From Candidatus Woesearchaeota archaeon (GTDB lineage: Archaea; Nanobdellota; Nanobdellia; Woesearchaeales; SKGA01), in the NCBI GenBank assembly GCA_016926395.1, contig JAFGOT010000010.1, positions 4,218 to 68,217 of the forward strand: a DNA stretch of 64,000 bases, given 5' to 3'. The translations under genes and the position numbers were made by a program. Below are positions 18,902-27,152 of the stretch, in pieces. Numbering within the stretch: position 1 is the stretch's first letter; every line of letters begins with the position of its first letter. The notes beneath the pieces were generated by a model. That model made no database searches, was not told the origin of the DNA, and was given only the letters and a program-made list of their open reading frames with translations.

Positions 18902-19453
18902 ATTCCTAATGAGCCAGAACTTTTTCCTAATCAGCCTGATTTAAACGAGCACATTAGTAAACATCAGAAGGAAGACTCCCCTTTTGCTCCAAAAACAGTT
19001 AAAGTAACTGATGTTGCAACCAGACTTAAGATTCTTGAAGAAAGATATGTTACTTTAAGAAAAAAAGCTCAACTTTCTGAACAAAATATTATTGAAGCAG
19101 AAAAAGATCATTTTGAAGAAATGCAACTATTAAACGAAAGCCTTCTGGATTTAAAGAAATCACTGAAAAGTGTACTTGAAAAAATTAGTATGTTAAGTGA
19201 TGAGGTTGATAATTTTGCTAAGAGAACTGATATGATTACTCTACAAAGGTATATTGAGTTTTGGGAACCAATTGATTTTGTTACTCGAAAAGAAGTTAAT
19301 AATTTTCTAAGACGAAAGTTTAAAGAAGATAATATTCCTATTTCAAAAAAAACAAGTAATGATTCTAAAGTTAAAGAAGACTCTCAATCAGAAAATAAAG
19401 AAAACAAAAAACCTAAAGTTTCTATTGAAGAAGCTTATCCAGATACTGATTAG
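18902..19453 (+). CDS. coiled-coil protein, 5' end ambiguous (no canonical start codon)
   Basis: The reading frame is open from 18896, but the first ATG/GTG/TTG is at 19121. The upstream 75 codons look coding ('VATRLKILEERYVTLRKKAQLSEQNIIEAEKDHFEE'). A strong SD 'GAGGTGA' (18889-18895) is followed 6 nt later by in-frame ATT (18902). Confidence 0.45.
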   Translation: MPNEPELFPNQPDLNEHISKHQKEDSPFAPKTVKVTDVATRLKILEERYVTLRKKAQLSEQNIIEAEKDHFEEMQLLNESLLDLKKSLKSVLEKISMLSDEVDNFAKRTDMITLQRYIEFWEPIDFVTRKEVNNFLRRKFKEDNIPISKKTSNDSKVKEDSQSENKENKKPKVSIEEAYPDTD

Positions 19454-19464
19454 GATTAATAAGT

Positions 19465-19890
19465 TTAATTTTGTCTGTTACCAGTTGTTGCTTTCAAATC
19501 ATCAGTTATTCTTGCAAGATCCGAAACTTTTTCTGTGAATAAAGGCAACACTTTCGCAAAGACTTTTTCCATCGCTTGTATCTCTGCTCCAACATCAAGA
19601 ATGTGTTTATCATATTCTCCGACTTTACCAACAACTGCTTGATGTAATTTATCATACTCTGCTCTCAAGTCTTTGATTTCTTGTTCCATAGAAGATAATC
19701 TACTTTCCGCTACAGATTTCCAGTCAATTATTTTATTAATATCACGTAGAAGATCGTTCCACTTTTCATCTATTATCGCTTCTATTAATTCTTCATTTGT
19801 TGCTTCTGATTGCATTGGCGCTGACATTCCACCCATTGGTGGCATTCCGCCTGGCATTTGTGGAGGGGGCATCCCCATTGGTTGAACCAT
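19465..19890 (-). CDS. small coiled-coil protein with Pro/Met/Gly-rich N-terminus
   Basis: 141-aa ORF. 'MVQPMGMPPPQMPGGMPPMGGMSAPMQ' is followed by heptad-like helices. No family recognised. Confidence 0.55.
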   Translation of the reverse strand: MVQPMGMPPPQMPGGMPPMGGMSAPMQSEATNEELIEAIIDEKWNDLLRDINKIIDWKSVAESRLSSMEQEIKDLRAEYDKLHQAVVGKVGEYDKHILDVGAEIQAMEKVFAKVLPLFTEKVSDLARITDDLKATTGNRQN

Positions 19891-19923
19891 AATTTACTCA
19901 CCTATCGTATTAAAAGTATAAAT

Positions 19924-20541
19924 TTAACTTGGCTCGCTTGTTCGAGCAATTAATAATATTGTAAAAAAGGATATTAAAATAATTAAGAGCATCCCTAATA
20001 TTTTAGGATTAAATAATGTTTGTGTCATGTTTGTTCCAAAATCATTTGTTGCGACACTTGAACCAGTGTTAACTGATTGTGTGCCATAAGCACTTGAAGA
20101 TGCGTTTTGAGTTACAGTGGTCGATGTTTGACCAGTTCCTTGTTCTAAAACCTGTTGTCCAAAAGAGTTAGATATTGATACTAATAATATTATTACAAAA
20201 GTAATTATTAAGACCCATTTTATAGCTCCTTGTTTTATTAAATCTTCAAAAAACTTTTCATCAGTTGTGAACATTCTGGCTACGAAAAATGATAAAAAGA
20301 TAAAAACGATTATTACTGTAAACCAAGGTGCCATCGTTGACACCACAGATACAAATCCACTTGAAAAAGAAGATAAAAATGCAACGGTCAATGCTACAAT
20401 TGCATATATTCCGTTATGGCCACTTACATCCTTGAAAATTTTTGACATGTTAAGGAAGGCATACACTATCAAAAACACAAAAAGGAAAACAAATACGCTT
20501 GATACATGTTGAAAAAGCGCTAAATCAAGGAATGTTGCCAT
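19924..20541 (-). CDS. multi-pass membrane protein, divergent member of a tandem paralog trio
   Basis: 205-aa ORF. 'VFVFLFVFLIVYAFLNMSKIF' matches the first-helix motif of the two upstream paralogs. It has a Ser/Thr/Gln-rich loop before the last TM helix. Confidence 0.55.
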   Translation of the reverse strand: MATFLDLALFQHVSSVFVFLFVFLIVYAFLNMSKIFKDVSGHNGIYAIVALTVAFLSSFSSGFVSVVSTMAPWFTVIIVFIFLSFFVARMFTTDEKFFEDLIKQGAIKWVLIITFVIILLVSISNSFGQQVLEQGTGQTSTTVTQNASSSAYGTQSVNTGSSVATNDFGTNMTQTLFNPKILGMLLIILISFFTILLIARTSEPS

Positions 20542-20576
20542 TTTATTATTTTATCTCCAAAGTTTTTAACTCGAAT

Positions 20577-21200
20577 TTATTCTTTTTTACTGCCAACACC
20601 AGTTAGGAACTCTTCAATTCCTTTGTTTCTAGCAGCAATTCTTTTTTCTCTTGCAGCAATATCATCTGGTTTTTTGCCATCCCCTGTGATGAATTTAATT
20701 ATTAATCCAAACACTAAGATTGCAACAACTAATGGAATTATTTCGCTGCTTAGTAGTCTGTAAACCCAAGAAGGTACATTCCACCATCCAATCGAGCCAA
20801 TAAATATTAAGATAACAATAACTCCAGATGCCAAAGTAAACCATTTTCCTGGTCCTTTGCTTCCATCTGCTCTTTTACCAGTCCATAGACCAAGTGTTAG
20901 AAGAGTCATTAAGATTGCAACTAGTAATAAACTAACCTGAGGAAGTGCTCGGTTGATTATTTCTACTGCGTCAAAACCATAATAGTAATTTCCTGTTACG
21001 TGCGGTATTACTACTCCAAACGCCATAACCATTGCAATTACTGCAGAGTATTTTTTGTTTTTATCGTCATCATCACTTAAGATTTTTGTTTTTTCAAAAA
21101 TTGCAAAAACTAAAGTGAAAATCAGTATAAATGGTAAAATTACATCTAGTAATCCCCAGTTATCTAATGTGTAAATTAAACTTTCAAAGCCGTATGCCAT
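20577..21200 (-). CDS. multi-pass membrane protein, tandem paralog
   Basis: The ORF track starts at a GTG (21209) that lies inside the SD 'AAAGGTGA'. The ATG at 21200 is the likelier start. 'LLDVILPFILIFTLVFAIFEKTKIL' is near-identical in pattern to 21309-21887. Confidence 0.6.
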   Translation of the reverse strand: MAYGFESLIYTLDNWGLLDVILPFILIFTLVFAIFEKTKILSDDDDKNKKYSAVIAMVMAFGVVIPHVTGNYYYGFDAVEIINRALPQVSLLLVAILMTLLTLGLWTGKRADGSKGPGKWFTLASGVIVILIFIGSIGWWNVPSWVYRLLSSEIIPLVVAILVFGLIIKFITGDGKKPDDIAAREKRIAARNKGIEEFLTGVGSKKE

Positions 21201-21215
21201 TTTTTTCACCTTTGT

Positions 21216-21263
21216 AAAAAATGGTGCTCAAAAATCGTGTTGATTTTTGTTGTGCCATTTTTT
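21216..21263 (-). terminator. nested hairpin between two paralog genes (possible terminator or processing site)
   Basis: The inner stem CAAAAATC/GATTTTTG (8 bp, 5-nt loop) lies inside an outer A6TGG..CCAT6 stem. The T-run is on the 3' arm of the minus-strand transcript. Confidence 0.3.
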
Positions 21264-21308
21264 TAGCCTTACATGAATATTGAGTTTTTTATTTCTCAAT
21301 AATTATCG

Positions 21309-21887
21309 TTATTCTTCTTTTTTCTCTTTCTTGCCTTCAGATTTTTTATCAAATCCACCAGTGACCCATATCATGAATCCTACAAAGACAAGTATCATCA
21401 AGATTGTTGCAACATGAGCACTTTGCCAGTTGTTAACTAAAAAGTCATATATTGCTGCTAACCATCCTAGTGCATTAAGCGTGATCATTAATATACCGAT
21501 TGCCGCTACAATAAAAAAACCAGTTTTCCATCCTTTTTCTAGTTCAAATTCTTTTTGGCCAGTATGGGTTATTCCTACTGCCAACATAAAACTAACACCC
21601 ATAACAACAATAATCATCGTGTTAGCAATTATTTCACTAATTATTCTTACTAGTTGAGCTGATGCAATTACAAAAAAACCAATCGTAAAAGCAACCATGC
21701 TGTTTAGGTTTTTTCGAGTGTATGTGTATTCCTTTCCGTTGTGTTTTACTACTTCCAAACCTAATATTTTTGATTTTTCTAAAAATGCAAATACTAGAGT
21801 AAAAATTAATAGGAATGGCAAAACAACATCATAGATTCCAATTTTTGCCATGAAGGCAATACTTCCAGCTAACACACTCTGCGACAT
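21309..21887 (-). CDS. multi-pass membrane protein, tandem paralog
   Basis: 'IYDVVLPFLLIFTLVFAFLEKSKIL'. The ATG at 21887 lies about 25-30 nt downstream of a TATA core, which is a leaderless geometry. The ORF track's GTG at 21902 is less likely. Confidence 0.6.
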   Translation of the reverse strand: MSQSVLAGSIAFMAKIGIYDVVLPFLLIFTLVFAFLEKSKILGLEVVKHNGKEYTYTRKNLNSMVAFTIGFFVIASAQLVRIISEIIANTMIIVVMGVSFMLAVGITHTGQKEFELEKGWKTGFFIVAAIGILMITLNALGWLAAIYDFLVNNWQSAHVATILMILVFVGFMIWVTGGFDKKSEGKKEKKEE

Positions 21888-21907
21888 CTTCTTTATAACC
21901 ACGCTTT

Positions 21908-21924
21908 CGAGTATTTAAAGGTTT
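21908..21924 (-). promoter_or_regulatory. archaeal BRE/TATA promoter core
   Basis: 'CGAGTATTTAAAGGTTT', the same consensus as 11922 and 18279. Confidence 0.45.
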
Positions 21925-22021
21925 CGGCAGGTTTTTAGTTTGAGAAAAAGAAGTAAAGAGCTTTAAAATGGCAAAAATCAAGTTTTCCACGTTTTTTAAA
22001 GAATAAACTTTGACGTGAATA

Positions 22022-22036
22022 CTTTTATAAAGTAGG
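22022..22036 (+). promoter_or_regulatory. archaeal TATA promoter for the translin-like / PPIase genes
   Basis: 'CTTTTATAAAGTAGG', centred about 30 nt upstream of the ATG at 22057. Confidence 0.45.
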
Positions 22037-22056
22037 TCTTATTTATTTGCTTCAGC

Positions 22057-22659
22057 ATGGAAGATGGTGTTAAAAATAAAAAGTTATTAATAAAAGCGTT
22101 TCAAAGTATTTCCAAGACTTATGAAAATGATGACTCCTTTCGAGAGAAAATAATCAACACCTCAAGAGAGATAATTAAACCATCCAAACAAGCAATTTAT
22201 TCTATTCATAGGGATGATGTTGCTCAAGGATTAAAATTAATTAGCTTGGCTGAAAAGAATATTGAAAATGTTTTCAAAATTTACGCAAAATCAGGCCTTA
22301 AAGAAGTTGGCTCTCTAAAAGCAGCTCTTGAAGAGTATGTTGAAGCTAAAGCTTATTTTGTATTTGTTAAAGAACAAAAAGTTATTCTTCCATCAGACCT
22401 TCCAAAAGTTGTTCATTACGAAACATATCTTTGTGGTATTGCAGATTTTACTGGAGAGATGAGTAAACGAGCAGTTGTCCTAGCCACCAAAGGCAATTTT
22501 GATGAAGTCAAAATTATTAAGAATTCTATCGAAGAAATCCATGAATTATTCTTATCATTTGATTTTCGAAGTGGAGAACTTCGAAAAAAAGCTGAAAGCA
22601 TAAAATATAATCTATCTAAAGTTGAAAGCATATTATACGATATTAGTATGCGACAGTAG
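22057..22659 (+). CDS. translin-family protein
   Basis: 200-aa ORF. 'YLCGIADFTGEMSKRAVVLATKGNFDEV ... FRSGELRKKAESIKYNLSKVESILYDISMR' matches my memory of the translin/TRAX C-terminal signature. Confidence 0.6.
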   Translation: MEDGVKNKKLLIKAFQSISKTYENDDSFREKIINTSREIIKPSKQAIYSIHRDDVAQGLKLISLAEKNIENVFKIYAKSGLKEVGSLKAALEEYVEAKAYFVFVKEQKVILPSDLPKVVHYETYLCGIADFTGEMSKRAVVLATKGNFDEVKIIKNSIEEIHELFLSFDFRSGELRKKAESIKYNLSKVESILYDISMRQ

Positions 22660-22668
22660 GTGAAAAAA

Positions 22669-23277
22669 ATGGCTAAAAAAAGAAGAGTTACAAAAAAATC
22701 AAATAAAAGCATGACCATTAAAATCTTAGCAGGCGTTGCAATTCTAGCAATTGCTTTAGTATTATTTTTTATTTTAAAATCTGATGAGGCGAAACCGTTG
22801 ACAGTTACAATTGAAACTAGTATGGGAAATATTGAAGTAGAACTAAACGAAACTGCAGCACCAATCACTGTTGCAAATTTTTTATCTTATGTTGATGAAG
22901 GATTTTATGATGGTTTAATCTTCCATCGAGTTATTGATGGGTTTATGATTCAAGGTGGAGGAATTACTCCAGATGGTAAACAAAAAACAACCAAAGCACC
23001 TATCGTTTTAGAATCAGGAAATGGTTTGAAAAATGATCGGGGAACTATTGCAATGGCTCGAACAAGTGACCCTAACAGCGCTACAAGTCAATTTTTTATC
23101 AACACTGTTGATAACGACTTCTTAAATAAAGGCGCACGTGATGACGGTTACGCTGTTTTTGGTAAAGTCGTTAGGGGAATGGATGTTGTCGATAAAATCG
23201 AAAAAGTCCCAACCATGGCAAACCCTCAAGACTGGCCAGTTGATGAAGTTACCATAATTTCAATCAAAAGAAAATAA
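22669..23277 (+). CDS. cyclophilin-type peptidyl-prolyl cis-trans isomerase with N-terminal membrane anchor
   Basis: '[21 protein letters not shown]', '[21 protein letters not shown]', '[17 protein letters not shown]'. The N-terminal TM helix is '[18 protein letters not shown]'. The ATG at 22669 is preceded by SD AGGTGA; the ORF track's GTG at 22660 lies inside that SD. Confidence 0.85.
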   Translation: MAKKRRVTKKSNKSMTIKILAGVAILAIALVLFFILKSDEAKPLTVTIETSMGNIEVELNETAAPITVANFLSYVDEGFYDGLIFHRVIDGFMIQGGGITPDGKQKTTKAPIVLESGNGLKNDRGTIAMARTSDPNSATSQFFINTVDNDFLNKGARDDGYAVFGKVVRGMDVVDKIEKVPTMANPQDWPVDEVTIISIKRK

Positions 23278-23346
23278 AGAAATTTTTATTTTAATTACTT
23301 ATTACAATCGTGGCGTTAGCCAGATAACTTATTGGTGAATAAAAAA

Positions 23347-25053
23347 ATGTATCGAACACACACATGTGGAGAACTACGTGCTAAGCACGAGAATAGTGAA
23401 GTAACCCTTGCGGGTTGGGTTCATAAAGTTAGAACTCATGGCGCATTAACCTTCGTTGATCTTAGAGATCGATATGGTATAACACAAATTACAATTAACT
23501 CCGACGATGATTTAGATACTGATTTCACCAAAGAAAGTGTTATTCAAATTAAAGGAGTAGTTGTAAAAAAACCCGAAGCGAATAAAGCATTAGAGACTGG
23601 CGAAATAGAAGTTATTGCTAAAGAAGTTAATGTTCTTAGTAAATCCGAACCTCTTCCAATTGATAACAACGCAACTGAAGATAACAGACTAAAATACAGG
23701 TATCTTGATATTCGTAACAATGGTGTTATTGATAATTTAGCTTTTAGAAGTGAAGCTGTTCTTACAGTAAGAAACTTTTTTAGAAGTGAAAATTTTTTAG
23801 AAATTGAAACACCTCTTCTTGTTAAATCAACACCAGAAGGAGCAAGAGATTACGTTGTTCCCTCAAGAATTAATAAAGGAATGTTTTACGCGCTTCCACA
23901 ATCTCCTCAGCTTTACAAGCAAATTTTAATGATTGCAGGAGCAGACAAATATTTTCAGTTAGCAAAATGTCTTAGAGATGAAGACCTTCGAGCAGATAGA
24001 CAACCAGAACACACTCAAATTGACTTTGAAATGAGTTTTGTTCATCAAGAAGATATTCAAGCTTTTGTTGAAAGATTAATGAAAGATTTATTCAAAAGAA
24101 CATTAAACAAAGAACTTGATTCATTCCCTGTATTTTCTTATGATAATGCAATGGCTAGATTTGGTAGCGATAAACCTGATATTCGTTTTGGTCTAGAATT
24201 AACTGATGTTACAAAAATTGGCAAAGAAACTGACTTTGCAGTTTTCAAAGAAGCAGAAGTAGTCAACGCGATTTTTGTTGAAAAAGATTTTTCTAGAAAA
24301 GAAATCGACAAATATACTGATCTTGTTAAAACATACAGAGCTAAGGGTTTAGCTTATTCAAAAATTGTTGATAACAAATTCGATGGTGGTGTTAGTAAAT
24401 TTTTAGACGCATCAGTTCAAGAAAAAATTATCTCTGCAATTAACGCAACTGGAAAAACTGGAACGGTATTTTTTGTAGCAGATAGGCTTCGTATCAGTCA
24501 AACAGCTCTTGGTCACCTTCGAAACAAATTAGCACTTGATTTAGAGTTATACAATAAAGATGATTTCAAATTCTGCTGGGTTAATGATTTCCCTCTATTC
24601 TCATATAATGAAGAAGAAGATAAATGGGAACCTGAACACCACATGTTTTCTATGCCTAAACCTGAATTTGTAAATGATTTCGAATCTCGTCCGGGAGAAG
24701 TAAAAGGAGACTTATGGGATCTTGTTCTAAATGGTTGGGAAATGGCTTCTGGTTCTATTAGAGTAAGTAATCCTAAAGTTCAAGAACGAATAATGAATTT
24801 TATTGGTCTTAACAAAGAAGAAGCAAATGAAAAATTTGGTTTCCTTCTTGATGCATATAAGTACGGCGGTCCAATCCACGGCGGCATGGGTATTGGTGTT
24901 GATAGACTTGTTGCTCTTATGCTTCAATTCACTGATATCAGAGCGGTTATGGCATTTCCAAAAAACAAGAACGCGCAGTGCCCAATGGATGACTCTCCTA
25001 ACAAAATCAGCGAGATTCAACTTGACGAACTTAGCATCAGCATAAACAAATAA
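23347..25053 (+). CDS. aspS: aspartyl-tRNA synthetase, bacterial type (with insertion domain)
   Basis: 568 aa from the ATG at 23347 (SD GGTGA 8 nt upstream). 'FVDLRDRYGITQI', 'QSPQLYKQILMIAGADKYFQLAKCLRDEDLRADRQPEHTQIDFEMSF', and motif 3 'GGMGIGVDRLVALM'. The length and the insertion between motifs 2 and 3 are typical of bacterial AspRS. Confidence 0.9.
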   Translation: MYRTHTCGELRAKHENSEVTLAGWVHKVRTHGALTFVDLRDRYGITQITINSDDDLDTDFTKESVIQIKGVVVKKPEANKALETGEIEVIAKEVNVLSKSEPLPIDNNATEDNRLKYRYLDIRNNGVIDNLAFRSEAVLTVRNFFRSENFLEIETPLLVKSTPEGARDYVVPSRINKGMFYALPQSPQLYKQILMIAGADKYFQLAKCLRDEDLRADRQPEHTQIDFEMSFVHQEDIQAFVERLMKDLFKRTLNKELDSFPVFSYDNAMARFGSDKPDIRFGLELTDVTKIGKETDFAVFKEAEVVNAIFVEKDFSRKEIDKYTDLVKTYRAKGLAYSKIVDNKFDGGVSKFLDASVQEKIISAINATGKTGTVFFVADRLRISQTALGHLRNKLALDLELYNKDDFKFCWVNDFPLFSYNEEEDKWEPEHHMFSMPKPEFVNDFESRPGEVKGDLWDLVLNGWEMASGSIRVSNPKVQERIMNFIGLNKEEANEKFGFLLDAYKYGGPIHGGMGIGVDRLVALMLQFTDIRAVMAFPKNKNAQCPMDDSPNKISEIQLDELSISINK

Positions 25054-25054
25054 G

Positions 25055-25076
25055 TTTATTTTTTGTTTTTTCTTTT
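25055..25076 (+). terminator. oligo-T termination region after aspS
   Basis: Two T6 runs (25059-25064 and 25066-25071) lie directly after the stop codon. Confidence 0.4.
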
Positions 25077-25136
25077 AATTTCATTCTTCCCAAACACTTA
25101 TAAACCCTCAAAGTCACTTTTTAAGTAATCTGTGGG

Positions 25137-27152
25137 TTGATTGTTGTGAAAAAAAATATTCCTTTGCGTTCGATAAAATATCAATGGGAGTCCATGATAT
25201 ATCGTGATGATGTAAGTCGTAAAACTTCTTTCGATCGTAAGTTTGGAACTAAAGTTATTTCTAGAAATGATGACCTAACAGCTAATCTTGTTGAATTCTT
25301 TGTTTATGCTAATGACCCTTTCAAAGAAATTTTCTTGGTTGGTTCATTTAATGAATGGGGTAAAAAGAATTTGGATGATTTCAAATTAACAGTCCAAAAT
25401 GATGCTTTTCAAATTTTAAGAACTGATAAAGTTAAACATAAAGATCCATATTTATTTTTAGTAAGAAAAGACGGCCACGAGGAAGTCTTGCGTGATGTTG
25501 CTAGTTTTGCTTTTGATGATGATGGCAACTCTATCTTTTGGGATTTTGAAGATCCAACAGCTTACAAAAAAGAATATCCTGGTCCTGATACTCTTCATCG
25601 TGCTACTAAAATTATTCAAACTGATCTGCCGGGTCTTGTTTCTCGTTGGTTTGAACTTAACAAAGATACGCCTAACACTACAGAATATGAGGGTGATTTA
25701 TTTACCTACATTAAAGAATGTGGTGTTATTGAAAAAGTTAAAGATTTAGGTTTTAATACCATTCAATTTCTTCCTGTTGGTCAATCTATCGATGGTGACA
25801 ACTGGAAATTTCGTTATTTAGTTCCATATCCTTTTGCTGTTCATAAAGATTGGGGAGATCCTGATTCTTTTATGGCGATGATTGATGAATTTCACAAACA
25901 CGGTATTGCAGTTATTGTTGATTTAATATTAAGTCATTGTCCTCACGTTAATTACAAAATATTTGGTTTTAACGGTGAAGATGTTGGACCTCACAAATGG
26001 CTAACTCAATGGAACGAACCTACATTCCTGCAAGATTACACTCCATGGGGCTCTATGCGTTTTCGTTACGGTGATGAAAATGTTCGTCGATATTTAACAG
26101 AGAGTGCTCTTCATTTTTCTGCAACTTATGGTGTTGATGGTTTTCGTATAGATAATGTTGATGGTATTCTTCGTCTTGGAGATCATGGTCAAGGTGATGA
26201 GAGAGCATATGGTCGTCAGTTTATGAGAGAACTAATCGCCGATGTTTATGATATTAATCCGCTTGCTTTAATCCATTTAGAATCTCATTATTTTTATGGT
26301 GATAACGCTAAAATGCTTGTTCATCCACAGGCTCTAAGTGATAGGGCTTTGGGAGCTACAGCTTATAACAGTTCAAGAATAACTTATTATTTTCACAAAG
26401 AAGTTATGCCAAAATCTGCTGAAGAAATTTCTGTTTGGAAATTTGAAAACATCAGAGAAGAAAAAGAATGGGGTGCGTCAAATTCTACAATTGCAGATTT
26501 TCACAATCACGATGCAGCTGCTGGTTTAATGCATGGGCGAGCAACAGGAAGTTATGCATACGATGCTTTGATATTAAAGAATCCATCTCTTCATTTTCAC
26601 GCTGTTGGTAAAATTAAATTTATGGAAGCAATCATCGCTTTTGGTTGTGAAGGTAGAATACTAGATTTACTTCAATCATTTTTATTACAGATGGGAACCT
26701 TTGAACATGATAGTAGTATTCACTGGGGTCTTCTTAATGATAATCCTGAAAGTGTAAAAGTTGTTAATTACAAAAAAGCCGTTAATGAACTTCTAGAACG
26801 ACCAGCATTTTGGGTTGAAAATACTTTGTATAGACAATTTGTTAATGTTGATGAAACAAATAAAGTTCTTGTCATTCGTCGTGTTGATAAAACACAAGAT
26901 ACGAATGAAGATTATTATATTCTAATTAATCTTTCAAGTAAATCTTGTCCAAACTATGCTATCGGTGTTGAAAAAAAAGGAACTTATGAAGTTGTTCTTG
27001 ATAGTGATGCAGAATTTTTTGCAGGAACAAACACCTCAATGTTAAATAAAGAATATGAAAGTACTAAGAGTTCTAGTTTTGCTCATTTCTCTTGGGAAAT
27101 TAAATTAAATAATGTGGCTCCATACCACGTTGTTGTTTTGAAACGAAAATGA
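25137..27152 (+). CDS. GH13 alpha-amylase-family enzyme with N-terminal E-set/CBM48-like domain (branching-enzyme-like)
   Basis: 671-aa ORF (TTG or GTG start). 'IFLVGSFNEWGK', GH13 regions 'GIAVIVDLILSHCP', 'GVDGFRIDNVDGI', 'FHNHDAA'. Confidence 0.7.
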   Translation: MIVVKKNIPLRSIKYQWESMIYRDDVSRKTSFDRKFGTKVISRNDDLTANLVEFFVYANDPFKEIFLVGSFNEWGKKNLDDFKLTVQNDAFQILRTDKVKHKDPYLFLVRKDGHEEVLRDVASFAFDDDGNSIFWDFEDPTAYKKEYPGPDTLHRATKIIQTDLPGLVSRWFELNKDTPNTTEYEGDLFTYIKECGVIEKVKDLGFNTIQFLPVGQSIDGDNWKFRYLVPYPFAVHKDWGDPDSFMAMIDEFHKHGIAVIVDLILSHCPHVNYKIFGFNGEDVGPHKWLTQWNEPTFLQDYTPWGSMRFRYGDENVRRYLTESALHFSATYGVDGFRIDNVDGILRLGDHGQGDERAYGRQFMRELIADVYDINPLALIHLESHYFYGDNAKMLVHPQALSDRALGATAYNSSRITYYFHKEVMPKSAEEISVWKFENIREEKEWGASNSTIADFHNHDAAAGLMHGRATGSYAYDALILKNPSLHFHAVGKIKFMEAIIAFGCEGRILDLLQSFLLQMGTFEHDSSIHWGLLNDNPESVKVVNYKKAVNELLERPAFWVENTLYRQFVNVDETNKVLVIRRVDKTQDTNEDYYILINLSSKSCPNYAIGVEKKGTYEVVLDSDAEFFAGTNTSMLNKEYESTKSSSFAHFSWEIKLNNVAPYHVVVLKRK

